Below, piece by piece: positions 17,257 through 27,576 of a DNA stretch of 64,000 bases (position 1 is its first letter; every line of letters begins with the position of its first letter). The notes below the pieces were generated by a model. It worked only from the letters and a program-made list of their open reading frames with translations, made no database searches and had not been told where the DNA came from. A program made the translations under genes and the position numbers. This DNA is from Pelagomonas calceolata (Eukaryota). The DNA is taken from positions 1,984,001-2,048,000 of the forward strand of contig CAKKNE010000001.1 of assembly GCA_918797485.1 (NCBI GenBank). The letters are read 5' to 3'.

Positions 17257-18726
17257 CTAACGCTTCGCGAGGACCTGCGACCGGCCGATCGCCTTGATGT
17301 GCACCGTCGCCGGCGGCTGGGCCCAGGGCTCTCCATCAATTTGCATGTGGAGCTTTTCGGTCGCGCGGACGCGCAGCTCCTTGCACCTTATGAGTCGCCG
17401 GCAGCTTCCACCTAAACCCTTGGTCGTCACGAGCTTCCAGCCGAGGCTGAAGACGTCGTCGACCGTGACGATCTCCAGGACGCCGTCGTCGCTTGTCGTT
17501 TCCTTATCTCTGCCCCATAAATTGCGGCCGCCCGCGTACGACTGCAGATTCAAGACAATCAGCCCCCTACAACTCTTCGGGAGCGTTACCTCCTCCCACG
17601 TGTCCTCGACCTTGCAGAGGACCGTTGTCACATCAATCAGTTTAGGTGGAGGCCCCTGGCAGCCGCAGCACCCTCCGGTCGCTTTCATCCCCAGCCACGC
17701 GTATAACAGCTGGTTCTTGGCCCTCGAACTGAATCTAGCCGGGTTCTTCCTTCTTTCAGCATGGAACGCGAACGCACCAGCGGCATCTAGCCCGATGCTG
17801 AAATAGTTCGAGAACGTGCCGTCGTAGGACCGCCACGTGCCGCCTAATTTCAAGACGGTCTCGCTCGGCTTGACGTGTTGCGAAATGGAGGGCCTTCTCT
17901 CACTTATTGGCAAATTTGTTTCTTTCACTGTGGCGTCGAAACTGTCTTCCACTTCATCGACGGAGGCTAGAGTAGACGCCTGGGACGCGTGGTCCTTTAG
18001 CTGGTCCTGCACGCGCGCGGTCATCCGCGCCGAGTGGTGCCGGCCCTTCCGCACCACCGTATGTGTCTCGGCCTCGTCGACGTGCGCCGAGTACTCGTGG
18101 ACCGAGAAGACCTCCGGGACATGTAGGACCGTTTTATTTCGCTGGCCCTCGGCGTTGGGCATGACCGAACAGGCCCACCTGTCTAAAAGCTTCGGCTCCG
18201 CGTTTTTCACCTGAGCGACCCACTTTTCAGAAGTACATTTGCGAGAAAAATGACCGCCCCAGTTCAGCGACCGCGCGAGATCATTACCGGTACCCAGCGG
18301 CATCGGCGCGATCAAGTAGTGGCAGTGCTTCGCGCCTTCGACCTCATTTTTCACCACATCAATAGCGGCCATGAGCCAGGTCATCGTGCCGTCTCCCCCA
18401 CAAACGATGACTCGCAGGCCATTCCTCGCTTCTTCTACGATGTGGGGCTGGGCGAGGATCTGTTCCGGGTGGGGGTTCTCACCAAGATCGAAGACGCGGT
18501 CCTTGCCGATGATGTCGCTTAAGGCGTCGAGCACTTGTTTGCCCTTGCCGCCGCCGCTCCTTGAGTTGCTGAAGAGTATCACTCCTTTGGCGTCCTCGGT
18601 TTTTGCTGCGGCCGGCGCTGCGGCGCGGCTTTGCTCGGCATCAGCGCTCGGTGCCGGCGCTGCGGCCGCTGCTGCGGCGGCGCTCTCCGGGGCCCGGCCC
18701 TGCTCAGGAGCATCGGCGGCAGCCAT
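17257..18726 (-). CDS. DGK: Diacylglycerol kinase
   Basis: NSRSGGGKG, VCGGDGT, PLGTGNDLARSL, NYFSIGLDA, MQIDGEPW. ATG at 18726. Confidence 0.92.
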   Translation of the reverse strand: MAAADAPEQGRAPESAAAAAAAAPAPSADAEQSRAAAPAAAKTEDAKGVILFSNSRSGGGKGKQVLDALSDIIGKDRVFDLGENPHPEQILAQPHIVEEARNGLRVIVCGGDGTMTWLMAAIDVVKNEVEGAKHCHYLIAPMPLGTGNDLARSLNWGGHFSRKCTSEKWVAQVKNAEPKLLDRWACSVMPNAEGQRNKTVLHVPEVFSVHEYSAHVDEAETHTVVRKGRHHSARMTARVQDQLKDHASQASTLASVDEVEDSFDATVKETNLPISERRPSISQHVKPSETVLKLGGTWRSYDGTFSNYFSIGLDAAGAFAFHAERRKNPARFSSRAKNQLLYAWLGMKATGGCCGCQGPPPKLIDVTTVLCKVEDTWEEVTLPKSCRGLIVLNLQSYAGGRNLWGRDKETTSDDGVLEIVTVDDVFSLGWKLVTTKGLGGSCRRLIRCKELRVRATEKLHMQIDGEPWAQPPATVHIKAIGRSQVLAKR

Positions 18727-18986
18727 TATTGCTCGTCGGACGGATCGGCGCGATGTCTTAGCACTGCCGCCTATTTCTACGGCTCTGCCAGCGCACTGTG
18801 AGCCGCGGTAGGCCGTGTTTCCCAGCCGCTCTTCCGATGGATTTGCTAGTATCTTACAGCCGCTAACCCTTCGAGAAGCCAAGCATTCCCGAGGGGCTCT
18901 TCATCGCGAGCCCTAGAGACGACTACAGAGAGGTAGATTCAAACACCGCAGTACTACAAACGTTCGTTAAACTCCGCGCGCGCCCG

Positions 18987-19970
18987 TCACGGCACGAAGC
19001 CGCACATCTCCGACGCGTTCCCGACCCGCCGCAGGACGTCGAGCCGGTAGATCCGATGCAAATGCCAGAGCAGCGCGCCGTTCTCGCAGATCGACTCCTT
19101 CCGGCATCGGCACTGCACGCGCGACGGCAGGTCAAACAAATGCTCGCGGTGCCTCCACAGAACCCTCCGCAGCGGCATCTGGTCCGTGCCGCCCGGGCCC
19201 GGATTCGATGCGAGCTCATTCAACCAGTCGCGCGTGATCGTTGATGCGCCCGCGCCGCGCATGAAACAGACGCCGCCGTTGCGCTCGGGAAAACCCTTGG
19301 GGATGCCCTCGATCTGGTGGACGGGGTTCGCGCGGTTCGTCCAGTCCTTGTTGAAGCCGATCGATCTGTTCCCGAAGGCGTCGAAGACATCGAACAATTC
19401 TTTCGTGTGCGACCGTTTGAGGCTGATGTCGTTGTCTATATATATGGTGCCGCCTTCATATAGTTCAGAATTCGATGCGAGCGCCGCGACCTTGTGGAAC
19501 CGGACGCGCTGGTGGTTCTCGTGCGATCCGTTTCGGGCCGCGGGATGCGGCGGCGTCCGCGGGATCCACTCGCTCGGCAGGACCCAGGGCTCGATGTGGG
19601 CACAGGGCCGCCTTTCCTCGACGATCTCGAGCTCGCTTCGGTCGGCGACGACGACGCGACAGGGGTAGCCCGTCGCGCAGACGTCGTGCAGCAGCGCGCC
19701 GAGCTCCGACTCCTCGCCGAGCAACGCCTGGACGGGGTCGCGCGTCGCCGCGAGCACGAAGCCGCGCGTCGGCGCGAGCCACGGCGACCCGGCCTCGATG
19801 GCCTCCACGCGAATGCGCAACCCGTGGAGGCCGCACTTGTCCGCGCCCGTCACGGCCCGCGCGCTTTCTATGCTGTTGACCGCGCGGCAGAGCCCCGTCG
19901 GGCCCTCGAGACCCTTCTGGTGCACCACGCGCACGGCCCCCGTCACGAGGTGGACGGCCCCTATTTGCCT
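18987..19970 (-). CDS. Putative GT-A fold glycosyltransferase-like protein; 5' end unresolved
   Basis: GAVHLVTG...AVNSIESAR, TIYIDND (DxD), ERNGGV and TDQMPLR. There is no convincing start codon; a possible acceptor ttgttacgcag lies near 19969. Confidence 0.55.
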   Translation of the reverse strand, partial: RQIGAVHLVTGAVRVVHQKGLEGPTGLCRAVNSIESARAVTGADKCGLHGLRIRVEAIEAGSPWLAPTRGFVLAATRDPVQALLGEESELGALLHDVCATGYPCRVVVADRSELEIVEERRPCAHIEPWVLPSEWIPRTPPHPAARNGSHENHQRVRFHKVAALASNSELYEGGTIYIDNDISLKRSHTKELFDVFDAFGNRSIGFNKDWTNRANPVHQIEGIPKGFPERNGGVCFMRGAGASTITRDWLNELASNPGPGGTDQMPLRRVLWRHREHLFDLPSRVQCRCRKESICENGALLWHLHRIYRLDVLRRVGNASEMCGFVP

Positions 19971-20041
19971 GCGTAACAAGTCTACCGGACGACCCCGGCG
20001 CGGCGCCCCTCTCACAAATCGCGGCGGACGAGGACTACTCG

Positions 20042-20899
20042 TTGAAACTCTACGGTTCAAAAAACGCGGTCGACGCCTCGTCATTGCGGATTGTCTGGCC
20101 CGACCTCATGCCTTCACAACTCCGCGATTCACTAAGGGTCAAGTGCGGCCGCGTCTGGACGCGGCGCCAGCCACCGACGCTCTTCTACGAGCGCCACTTC
20201 CTGCAGAGGCGCGCCCTGTGGGTCCACCGGCCGCCGGGCTTCGCCGAGGTCTTTCAGGACGGCGCGTGGGCTGAAGTGACACACTGCAGCTACGGCGTAA
20301 ATAAGACGGCCGAGCCCTTCTTCTTCGCGGCGTCGGGGTCAGGAGTGTGGATCAACGTCGGGCGCTCGCTGCGGCTGGACTTCCGCGACGAACAAATGCC
20401 ATTGGTCCACCGAGCGATCGCCGACGGCGAGTTTGGGGAGGCGGCGCGGTTGCTCGACGGCGTCGACCTTTCGACATACGACAGCGTACAATTCAGCCAG
20501 ATGCACGGCGGCACGTGGCCCGCGGACGTTTTGACGGAGATCGTGTTTCTCAAATTAAGGTCGGAGTCGGATACGATAGCCAAGTTCCTGCCTTCGTTAC
20601 AATGCGGCCCGTCACATCGACGACGCCCGTGCCGCGCCGACGACGCGGCGGTCGTCCAACAAAATGACTGCCGCCTGCCGCACCTGAATATACATCAAGG
20701 CGTCGACGCGCGGCCCCTCGATCTTGTTACTTCCCCCGGCGTCCACGCGGCCCTCGCGCGGTCGGGCTGCGACGTGGTCAACTGTTCGATGGACGCGGCG
20801 CGCGCGGCGGCCTGGAGCACGACTGCGCCGGCGAACCACCATTTGTGCGGCCGCGCGCACCACCGCCGCCACCACCGGAAGACTAAACTTATTCATTAA
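20042..20899 (+). CDS. Algal hypothetical protein; 5' end unresolved
   Basis: Protein-like ORF with WAEVTHC, GSGVWINVGRSL and YDSVQF. The first in-frame ATG is only at 20108, and the 3' end overlaps the RNase HII stop region. Confidence 0.55.
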   Translation: MKLYGSKNAVDASSLRIVWPDLMPSQLRDSLRVKCGRVWTRRQPPTLFYERHFLQRRALWVHRPPGFAEVFQDGAWAEVTHCSYGVNKTAEPFFFAASGSGVWINVGRSLRLDFRDEQMPLVHRAIADGEFGEAARLLDGVDLSTYDSVQFSQMHGGTWPADVLTEIVFLKLRSESDTIAKFLPSLQCGPSHRRRPCRADDAAVVQQNDCRLPHLNIHQGVDARPLDLVTSPGVHAALARSGCDVVNCSMDAARAAAWSTTAPANHHLCGRAHHRRHHRKTKLIH

Positions 20900-21890
20900 T
20901 CATCGACTTGACGGGGTCGAACGACTCGCGGTGCAAACCAACAACCCAGCCGTGCTTCGTAATGGCCGCGCGGTGCGCCTTGGACCCGTAGCCCTTGTTC
21001 GCCGCCCAGCCGTATTGGGGGTGCTTTTCATGCAAAGCATGCATGAGCCGGTCGCGGTGGACTTTCGCGATGATCGACGCCGCGGAGACGCAGGCCACGC
21101 TGCCGTCGCCGCCCTTGACCGTGCGCACGCCCAGGCCCCGCGGGCGGCCGCCGCGGCGCCAGGGGTCGTCGACGCCATCGACGACGGCCACGAGCCGGTC
21201 CTCCTCCTCCGCTTCGTTGTTCACGTCACCGATAGCGGTCACGTCGATCATCACGTCATCCCGACCATCGTCCGACGACGAAAGCCTATGAAAGAGCGCC
21301 TCGGCGGCGGCGCGCATGCACGCGAGATTCGCCTGCAGGATGTTCACGTCGTCGATCAGCGGCGCGTCGGCCCTCGCCAGCGCGTAGCGCACGCCCGGCG
21401 CCTCTCTTAATTGCTCGTAGATAGCTTCCCGCGCTTTCTCCGTCGTGATCGTCTTCGAGTCGGCTATCCCATCTATATCGACGTCATTTGGGAGGTAGCA
21501 CGCGCAGGCGACTACTGGTCCTGCCAAACACCCTCTACCGACCTCGTCCACGCCGATGGTTGGTACTTCAATACGCTTGACGGCGGCGGCCGTCGCGTCG
21601 TGGACGTCGCGGCGCGGGAGCGCGAACGTCCTGAGCGCGGTCGGGCGCTTCGCCGCCTTCGCGGCGGTCGTAAGCAGGCGCGCCGGCCGCGGGCGCCGCG
21701 GTGGCGTCGACGGCGGTAGCGTCGCGCTCGTTGCGAGGGGGCGCTTTTGCGGAGTCGCGGGCGCGCCGCGCAGCCGCGGCGACCGGCGCGCCGCGCGGGC
21801 CTTCTGGAGGCTTGCCCGTGCACGCACCATTGGTTGGCGGAGCGCTGCGGTTCGGCTCGAGAAGGCGAGGGCGAGGCACGTCGCCAGCAT
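20889..21890 (-). CDS. rnhB: Ribonuclease HII, bacterial type, with N-terminal targeting presequence
   Basis: GVDEVGRGCLAGPVVACA, IADSK, VKGGDG, SAASIIAKVHRDRLM, YGWAANKGYG. Signal-like MLATCLALAFSS. Confidence 0.92.
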   Translation of the reverse strand: MLATCLALAFSSRTAALRQPMVRARASLQKARAARRSPRLRGAPATPQKRPLATSATLPPSTPPRRPRPARLLTTAAKAAKRPTALRTFALPRRDVHDATAAAVKRIEVPTIGVDEVGRGCLAGPVVACACYLPNDVDIDGIADSKTITTEKAREAIYEQLREAPGVRYALARADAPLIDDVNILQANLACMRAAAEALFHRLSSSDDGRDDVMIDVTAIGDVNNEAEEEDRLVAVVDGVDDPWRRGGRPRGLGVRTVKGGDGSVACVSAASIIAKVHRDRLMHALHEKHPQYGWAANKGYGSKAHRAAITKHGWVVGLHRESFDPVKSMINE

Positions 21891-22121
21891 TCAACGGCCG
21901 GATGCAACCGTTAATAGCCTCTGGCGCTGCGAGGGTTGCCCTCAACGCTAGGGAGAGCGTCAAGGGAGCGTCGCGGAAATCGGCTCAAGGAGCGTCTTGG
22001 CCCCAAAGCGCTCCAGAAGCAGTTGCACCAATGAAGGGGCAACACGCAGTCCGCCCTGCTTGCCTTGGTAGCGCTATGTGATGGACCTATGGGCGCTGCA
22101 CTGCACCAGGCTTAACATGCT

Positions 22122-22145
22122 TGCTAGTGTCTTCAGGCCGCTAGC
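22122..22145. promoter_or_regulatory. CTAG pseudo-palindromic intergenic element
   Basis: TGCTAGTGTCTTCAGGCCGCTAGC, upstream of rnhB. Confidence 0.6.
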
Positions 22146-22433
22146 CCAAACGCGCAGGAACCCTGGAAGCCGCGCCTAGGGGACGGTACCCCCACAAACT
22201 GGCTCATTGCCGAAAGTTGTTCATAACAGGCAGCTGTTTACGTTCTTCTTACGGCTCCGCGCGCGCGGGCCCTACGCCCCCAACTGCCCCCCTACGAGCA
22301 AGTAAAGTCCACGGCTCTTACCCAAACCGTGCAGACGGCCGCGTCGCACACCGGCGGGGTGCGTCACCGCGACAAGACGCCATACGAGAAGAGGGGGGAG
22401 GGGCACAATTCAAATCAGACGCGCCGTCTCCGT

Positions 22434-23168
22434 TTAGATGCCCTCCGGGAAGTAGAAGCCGGCGAGCGACGTGTACTCCGGCGACGAGAACGACTCGCCG
22501 ACCTGCTGCAGGACGCCTACATCGCCCGCGCCCGAGGATTTGGCCGCGAGGCCGACGATGCCGAGCATCGCGAGGCGGCAGTGCTTGATCTCCTGGAGCT
22601 GCTTCTCGCGGTACTCCTCCGGCGTGTAGTTGAAGCCGAAGGGGTTCCACCGGCCCGGGCCCTGGCCGAGCCCGGAGTCGCCCGGCATGTACGACGGGTC
22701 CTTGAGCTTGTTGATGCGCCAGACCTCGCAGGCGACCATGAAGCCGAGGATCTGGTACCAGCCCGCCTTGGGGATGGCGTCGAGCGCGTCGAAGGGGTTC
22801 ATCTTGCCGAAGGCGTTGTCCTTGCCCGGCCAGTGCGCGATCTCGGGGAAGACCCAGCCGAGGCACGCGAGCTGCGCGATGCGGCCGTGCATGAGCTCGG
22901 CCTCGCGGAAGATCTTGAGCGAGCCATCGCCCTCGTCGCCGACCCACCACGCGCCCGGCGCGTACTTCGAGAAGCCGAGCGGGTCGAAGCCGACGTCGCC
23001 GACGAGCGAGCCGTCGAGCGGCGTCGTCGTCCACGGCAGCGCGACCGACGGGTACTGCGCGCCGCTGCTCGACCGCTTCTGGGCCTTGGGCGCGGCCTTG
23101 GCGCCCTTCTTGCCGAAGCCGAAGCCGGCCGCCGGCGCCGCGAGGCAGAGCGCGACGACGAGCTTCAT
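22434..23168 (-). CDS. Light-harvesting chlorophyll a/c (fucoxanthin) binding protein
   Basis: Bipartite signal MKLVVALCLAAPAAGF; GDVGFDPLGFS, REAELMHGRIAQLA, QEIKHCRLAMLG. Confidence 0.95.
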   Translation of the reverse strand: MKLVVALCLAAPAAGFGFGKKGAKAAPKAQKRSSSGAQYPSVALPWTTTPLDGSLVGDVGFDPLGFSKYAPGAWWVGDEGDGSLKIFREAELMHGRIAQLACLGWVFPEIAHWPGKDNAFGKMNPFDALDAIPKAGWYQILGFMVACEVWRINKLKDPSYMPGDSGLGQGPGRWNPFGFNYTPEEYREKQLQEIKHCRLAMLGIVGLAAKSSGAGDVGVLQQVGESFSSPEYTSLAGFYFPEGI

Positions 23169-23772
23169 CTTTCTCTCGGGACCTGCGTGTGACAAGCGGG
23201 GTCGCGCGCGGCGCTTCCTTTATCATCGATACGTGCTTCGCCCGCCCCGTGCTCTCGACCGTCGCGTAACGTCGACGCGCGGGCCGGCCGCAGGCGCTCC
23301 AGCCGGGCGCCGGCAGAGGTGTTCGGCCTCCACGGCGCTCCGCTACGGCGTCCGTGGGCCGCCCCTCCAGCACCCAGCGCCGGCGAGCCGAAGTACCGAG
23401 CACGCGCCTTCGCTGGGGTAGCGACAGCACCGCAGACTAGGCGCGTTTCGCTCACGAATTGCTGTTTTGGAGGCGGCCGCCTGCAGCACTCTTACGGCCC
23501 AAGTGAGCAAGCCACGGTGCTGCGCTTCGAGCAACGTGTGCTCGATCGTATGAAGGTAGCCTCTCGCTCCGTCGATTTGCTGTGTTGGTTCGAACAGGCG
23601 CCGTATGCCGACGATTTGACCGGATGATCGAGCTTGACGACGGCAATGGCTTATCTTGTAATCCTAGTGGCTCGCTATGCTCACAGAAGTACGTCTCCGG
23701 GGCCAGGAATGCGGGGAATGAACTTTCTTCTCGCCCTGCAGCGCTGGAGCTTTCCGGTATTTCATTTTGTTC

Positions 23773-23807
23773 GGCTTGGCTGGGGCTTGGCTGGGGCTTG
23801 GCTGGGG
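23773..23807. repeat. 11-bp tandem repeat x3
   Basis: (ggcttggctgg)3. Confidence 0.8.
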
Positions 23808-23913
23808 CAAACAGTCTGAGGCGCAGTGCGCACGCGCGACGCGGCCATCCCGACACCGCAACTCATCCAATACGCCAAACAACCCCAAAGGACGGCATAC
23901 AACGCAGCCCGGT

Positions 23914-23953
23914 CCATTCCTTCGGCAGCCCAGCCATTCCTTCGGCAGCCCAG
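23914..23953. repeat. 20-bp tandem repeat x2
   Basis: (ccattccttcggcagcccag)2. Confidence 0.85.
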
Positions 23954-24021
23954 CCCGCATCGACGGCATCAGCAGCACTCGACGGAACGCATCGTTAGGC
24001 AGCCGTCGCAGCGCCGCAGCG

Positions 24022-24291
24022 ATGCGCAGACCACGGCGCGGCACCGACTCGGAAACCGCCAGCAAGCCGCTGCTCACGACGCGGCGGCGCTACCACATCG
24101 CGCTCGGCGCCGCGCGGCAGCTGCTCGCGGGCGGCGAGCTGTCAGCGACGGGCTGCGGCGCGCTCAAGAACCACATCTTCGATGATGATGGGCGCGTGGC
24201 CGCGGCGGTCGAGATTTTTTGGCTGAACGACGACGGCGACGCGCTGCTCGCGACGCTGCGCGCGCTCGGGCTCGGGGCGGCGCCCGGGTAA
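24022..24291 (+). CDS. Small hypothetical protein or terminal exon
   Basis: Helical protein-like segment ALKNHIFDDDGRVAAAVEIFWLNDDGDALLATL with high GC3. The start is uncertain. Confidence 0.4.
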   Translation: MRRPRRGTDSETASKPLLTTRRRYHIALGAARQLLAGGELSATGCGALKNHIFDDDGRVAAAVEIFWLNDDGDALLATLRALGLGAAPG

Positions 24292-24567
24292 GCAGACGTG
24301 TAGTTACTGGGCCGTGGCGCTGACCGCCGTCGGTGCGGGCGGCACTCGTGTCTTCGGGTTCGCGAATCGCAATGGAGTGTACCTACGACCACGAGTAGTA
24401 CCTATGTGAGAGACCGACGAGGACTCTGACCGTGCCGGGAGCGACCTGCTGGTGCGCCGGCAGAACCTACTAGAGGCGGCACAACAGTAGACTGCAGCGC
24501 AGGGCCACCGGCGGACGCGCAGACGGAGCACACATCACTCGTTGCAGGGCAGCCCCGGGGTAGAGCC

Positions 24568-27102
24568 ATGGGCGACTACGAGGACCACGACCTCCTCGTG
24601 GCCCGCCACACGTCGAGCCGCAAGGACCGCCACCGCCGCAAGAAGTACCGGCGCGACCGCGTGCGGCCCGAGGACCACGAGGACCTCGTGGCGGGCCTGC
24701 GCCAGTCGCACGACGCCTGGACGGACGTCGTCAAGGACCGCCACGCGGACGACGACCGCTACGATTATGAGGAGAGGCGGTCGCGGTCGGCGTCGGCGTC
24801 TCCCGCGAAAAGACCGCCGCCGCGGCGCGACGACGACGACGTCATGCTCCAAGTGCAGGAAAAGCTGGCCACGCAGCTGCACCGGCAGGAGCAGCTCCAC
24901 GCGTCCATGGAGAAGCTGCTCGACCGCCAGCGCAAGCTGGCGCAGGAGCTCGTCGAGCGCGACAAGCAGAGCCGGCAGCACGTCCAGCGCATCGAGGCCG
25001 TCGTGTCGAGCATGGCGACGGGCGAGGCCGTGCCGGACGCGCCGGTGGCCGGACCGTCGAGCGCGGTGGACCACTCCGGCACGCTGCCGCGCCTCGCCGA
25101 GGAGCTGCCGTACAAGGACGGGCTGCTCTCGTGGAGCGAGGAGAACGTGGGCGAGCTCTTCGCCTGCATCGCGTTCAAGCACCTCAAGAGCGTGAAGGAC
25201 GAGGTCGACAACGACGAGGCGGAAGAGAACGCGAACGAGATCAAGCAGGCGGCCATGGCCCACGGCGTCGACGGGCGGGCTCTGCCGCACCTGACGATCG
25301 AGGACATGGAGAAGATCGGCGAGAAGGCGGGCCACGTCGAGGGCGGCGGCGAGTGCGCCCTGAAGTTCGTCGGGCACCGCATCGCCATCCTGAACTCCAT
25401 CCACGCGTTCGTGGAGGCGTACAAAGCCGAGCCATGGGACCGGGTGAAGGAGCTCCCGCTGCTACTGCGAGCGGGGAAGAACCGCCACGAGGGCGAGGAG
25501 AATCTGACGGAGAAGCTTTGCAAGACGTTCGGCGTCGACATAATTCAAGGAGACAACTCGGAAGAAGCGCTCCGGGCCGCCATGGTGCACAAGTCCAGCA
25601 AGCCGAAGGCGAAGAAGCGGCCGGAGGTCGTCGTGCCCGTCTTCGCCACGCTGCTCATGAAAAAGCTTACGGAAGATACCGACGGGAATCTGGCCTTGGT
25701 CGGCACGTTCATCCAGCGGCCCCTGCTGTACGACCTCAAGGCCTTTGACCGTGAGTCGGGCAACGAATCAAAACCATATTTCGACATGCGCGTCAACGAG
25801 GGCGAGTCCAAGCCTGAAGACTGCTTCGAGGTGCGGAAAGTAGCGCGTGACCTGGGCCCGGGGCCCAAGAACAAGGACCTGAGGGAGGGCGACGAGAAGG
25901 GCTACTTCACGACGGCCTCCACGACCTTCGTGGCCAAGATGCCCCTCAAGCTCGACAGCGTCTACAACGAGCCGCCGTTCAATATTATGTCCGCGACGGT
26001 CATGATCGAATTGACGAGTTTCATCGGCACGAACGCTCTGAACGAGAAGTTCGAGATGCGGCCGAGCTTTGTGTCTCACGCGGCGGACTTGCGGAACCTC
26101 TGTTCGGTACGGGACTGGAAGGAAGACTACAAGATGGACGAGATGAAGCGCTGGGAGCTCGTCACGCCGATGCCCACCATCGAATACGAGTACGACGGCG
26201 GCAAGGGGGAAAAGGCGCTCTACGTGCCCAAGCTCCGGCTGACCTACTACCTCTACGAGGAGGCCATCCAGCCCGTCATTGAGACGGTCATGCCCATCAT
26301 CTTCGCGTACGTGGCTAATACGTACAACATCATCAACTCGTTCAAGGACGAGGAGCGCGAGTTCAAGGACTACCTGGCAAACAATGTAGGCATCGGTCTC
26401 ACGATCGTCTTCATCATCCCGAGTATAGCCAAAAGCGACGCGTTCGACGCGGAGTGGAAGTGGAACTACGTGTATGTCGTGTGGATCTTCGCGTCGCTCG
26501 TGCTCTCGCTCCCGGCGTACCTGGTGCGATGGCAGGAGCCCCTGTTCCGGCTCGGCAACGGCGCAAACGTGACTCTTGCGCACCTCGTCATCGTCTTCCA
26601 ATGGGCGTCACTCATCATACCGCTCTATAATGGGCTTCAGTGGCAGGCGAGATTACGCAAGATCCGGTCGAACTGGAAGAAGAAGAAGGACCTGCGCATG
26701 ACCTTTCTCGGTCGGCCGGGCGAGATGAGCGAGCGGATGCGGAAACAACAGGGGAAAGGGGACACGGGCAAGACCGCGAACACGAAGGGGTCGAAGGACG
26801 CGCTCAACGGAGACCTGCGGACCTTCGTCGTCAGAACAGGCGAAGGGAAGAAACAGAAGATCGTGCTCAACCCGGACATCTTAGGCGAGGAGGCCATGGA
26901 GACGACGTACAATGAGGCGGGCCACGCGCGCAAGGGCCGCTTCGAGCCCTGGCAGTTCGACGCGAAAAACCACTACATCTACTGCGGGCTCCACCGCAAC
27001 TACTACCAAGATCCCGCCGTCGCGAAGGCCATCGACCACGACGAGCACAACGAGCCCTACAAGCGGCGGCTGCGGCACGACGATCCACCTCCGGAGGAAT
27101 AA
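24568..27102 (+). CDS. SAM-domain + divergent Cys-less pentameric ligand-gated ion channel-like 4-TM protein, copy 1
   Basis: Coiled coil, then SAM (WSEENV...VDGRALPHLTIEDM..IG...GHRIAIL), a beta-rich domain with EPPFNIMSATVMIELTS, and four hydrophobic helices including an M1 Pro (IETVMPIIF). Confidence 0.7.
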   Translation: MGDYEDHDLLVARHTSSRKDRHRRKKYRRDRVRPEDHEDLVAGLRQSHDAWTDVVKDRHADDDRYDYEERRSRSASASPAKRPPPRRDDDDVMLQVQEKLATQLHRQEQLHASMEKLLDRQRKLAQELVERDKQSRQHVQRIEAVVSSMATGEAVPDAPVAGPSSAVDHSGTLPRLAEELPYKDGLLSWSEENVGELFACIAFKHLKSVKDEVDNDEAEENANEIKQAAMAHGVDGRALPHLTIEDMEKIGEKAGHVEGGGECALKFVGHRIAILNSIHAFVEAYKAEPWDRVKELPLLLRAGKNRHEGEENLTEKLCKTFGVDIIQGDNSEEALRAAMVHKSSKPKAKKRPEVVVPVFATLLMKKLTEDTDGNLALVGTFIQRPLLYDLKAFDRESGNESKPYFDMRVNEGESKPEDCFEVRKVARDLGPGPKNKDLREGDEKGYFTTASTTFVAKMPLKLDSVYNEPPFNIMSATVMIELTSFIGTNALNEKFEMRPSFVSHAADLRNLCSVRDWKEDYKMDEMKRWELVTPMPTIEYEYDGGKGEKALYVPKLRLTYYLYEEAIQPVIETVMPIIFAYVANTYNIINSFKDEEREFKDYLANNVGIGLTIVFIIPSIAKSDAFDAEWKWNYVYVVWIFASLVLSLPAYLVRWQEPLFRLGNGANVTLAHLVIVFQWASLIIPLYNGLQWQARLRKIRSNWKKKKDLRMTFLGRPGEMSERMRKQQGKGDTGKTANTKGSKDALNGDLRTFVVRTGEGKKQKIVLNPDILGEEAMETTYNEAGHARKGRFEPWQFDAKNHYIYCGLHRNYYQDPAVAKAIDHDEHNEPYKRRLRHDDPPPEE

Positions 27103-27576
27103 TACTATAGTGATATATTACACGTGGCATGTACCACCGCCGCCGCGTCACACCTCCCGGCTCTCATGTTCTTTCCTTGATTTTTCTCTCTCTCTTCTAC
27201 AAGCTCGTATGCGGCGCCGTTGCCGCGCGCAATCCCCCTCCGAGCTCGTTCCTTGCCCCTCTAGCCCTCCTTCTATACGTCGCGCCAGGTATCGCGCGCG
27301 CAGGAGACTTCGCCTTACCGGTATACCGTGGCTTGTGGTCGCCATGGCGCCAGGCCCGCGCTGTCCCGCGGTGCAGCGCCGGAGAGCAGATTAGCGGAGC
27401 AACGCCTGGAGACTGCAGCCCTTTCTTTTAAAGGTGCCAGGGCAGTATAAAGGCTGCCCGGGCACTCCAAACTAGCCGTGCAATTGACTGAACAGCTGCA
27501 AAATAGTTGGGCAAACAGGGCAGGGTAAGCCTTGCGTCGTCCTACGCAGTATCAGTAGCCGCCAAGAGCGCGGCGG

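Noticed and set aside
21165..21185. GTCGATGGCGT motif inside rnhB
   Set aside because: It encodes VVDGVD, the conserved RNase HII DG motif, so it is not an intron element.
22160..22400. Possible structured ncRNA (RNase P/MRP-like AAAGTCC)
   Set aside because: Only short stems and no second conserved region; it is compatible with the LHC 3' UTR.
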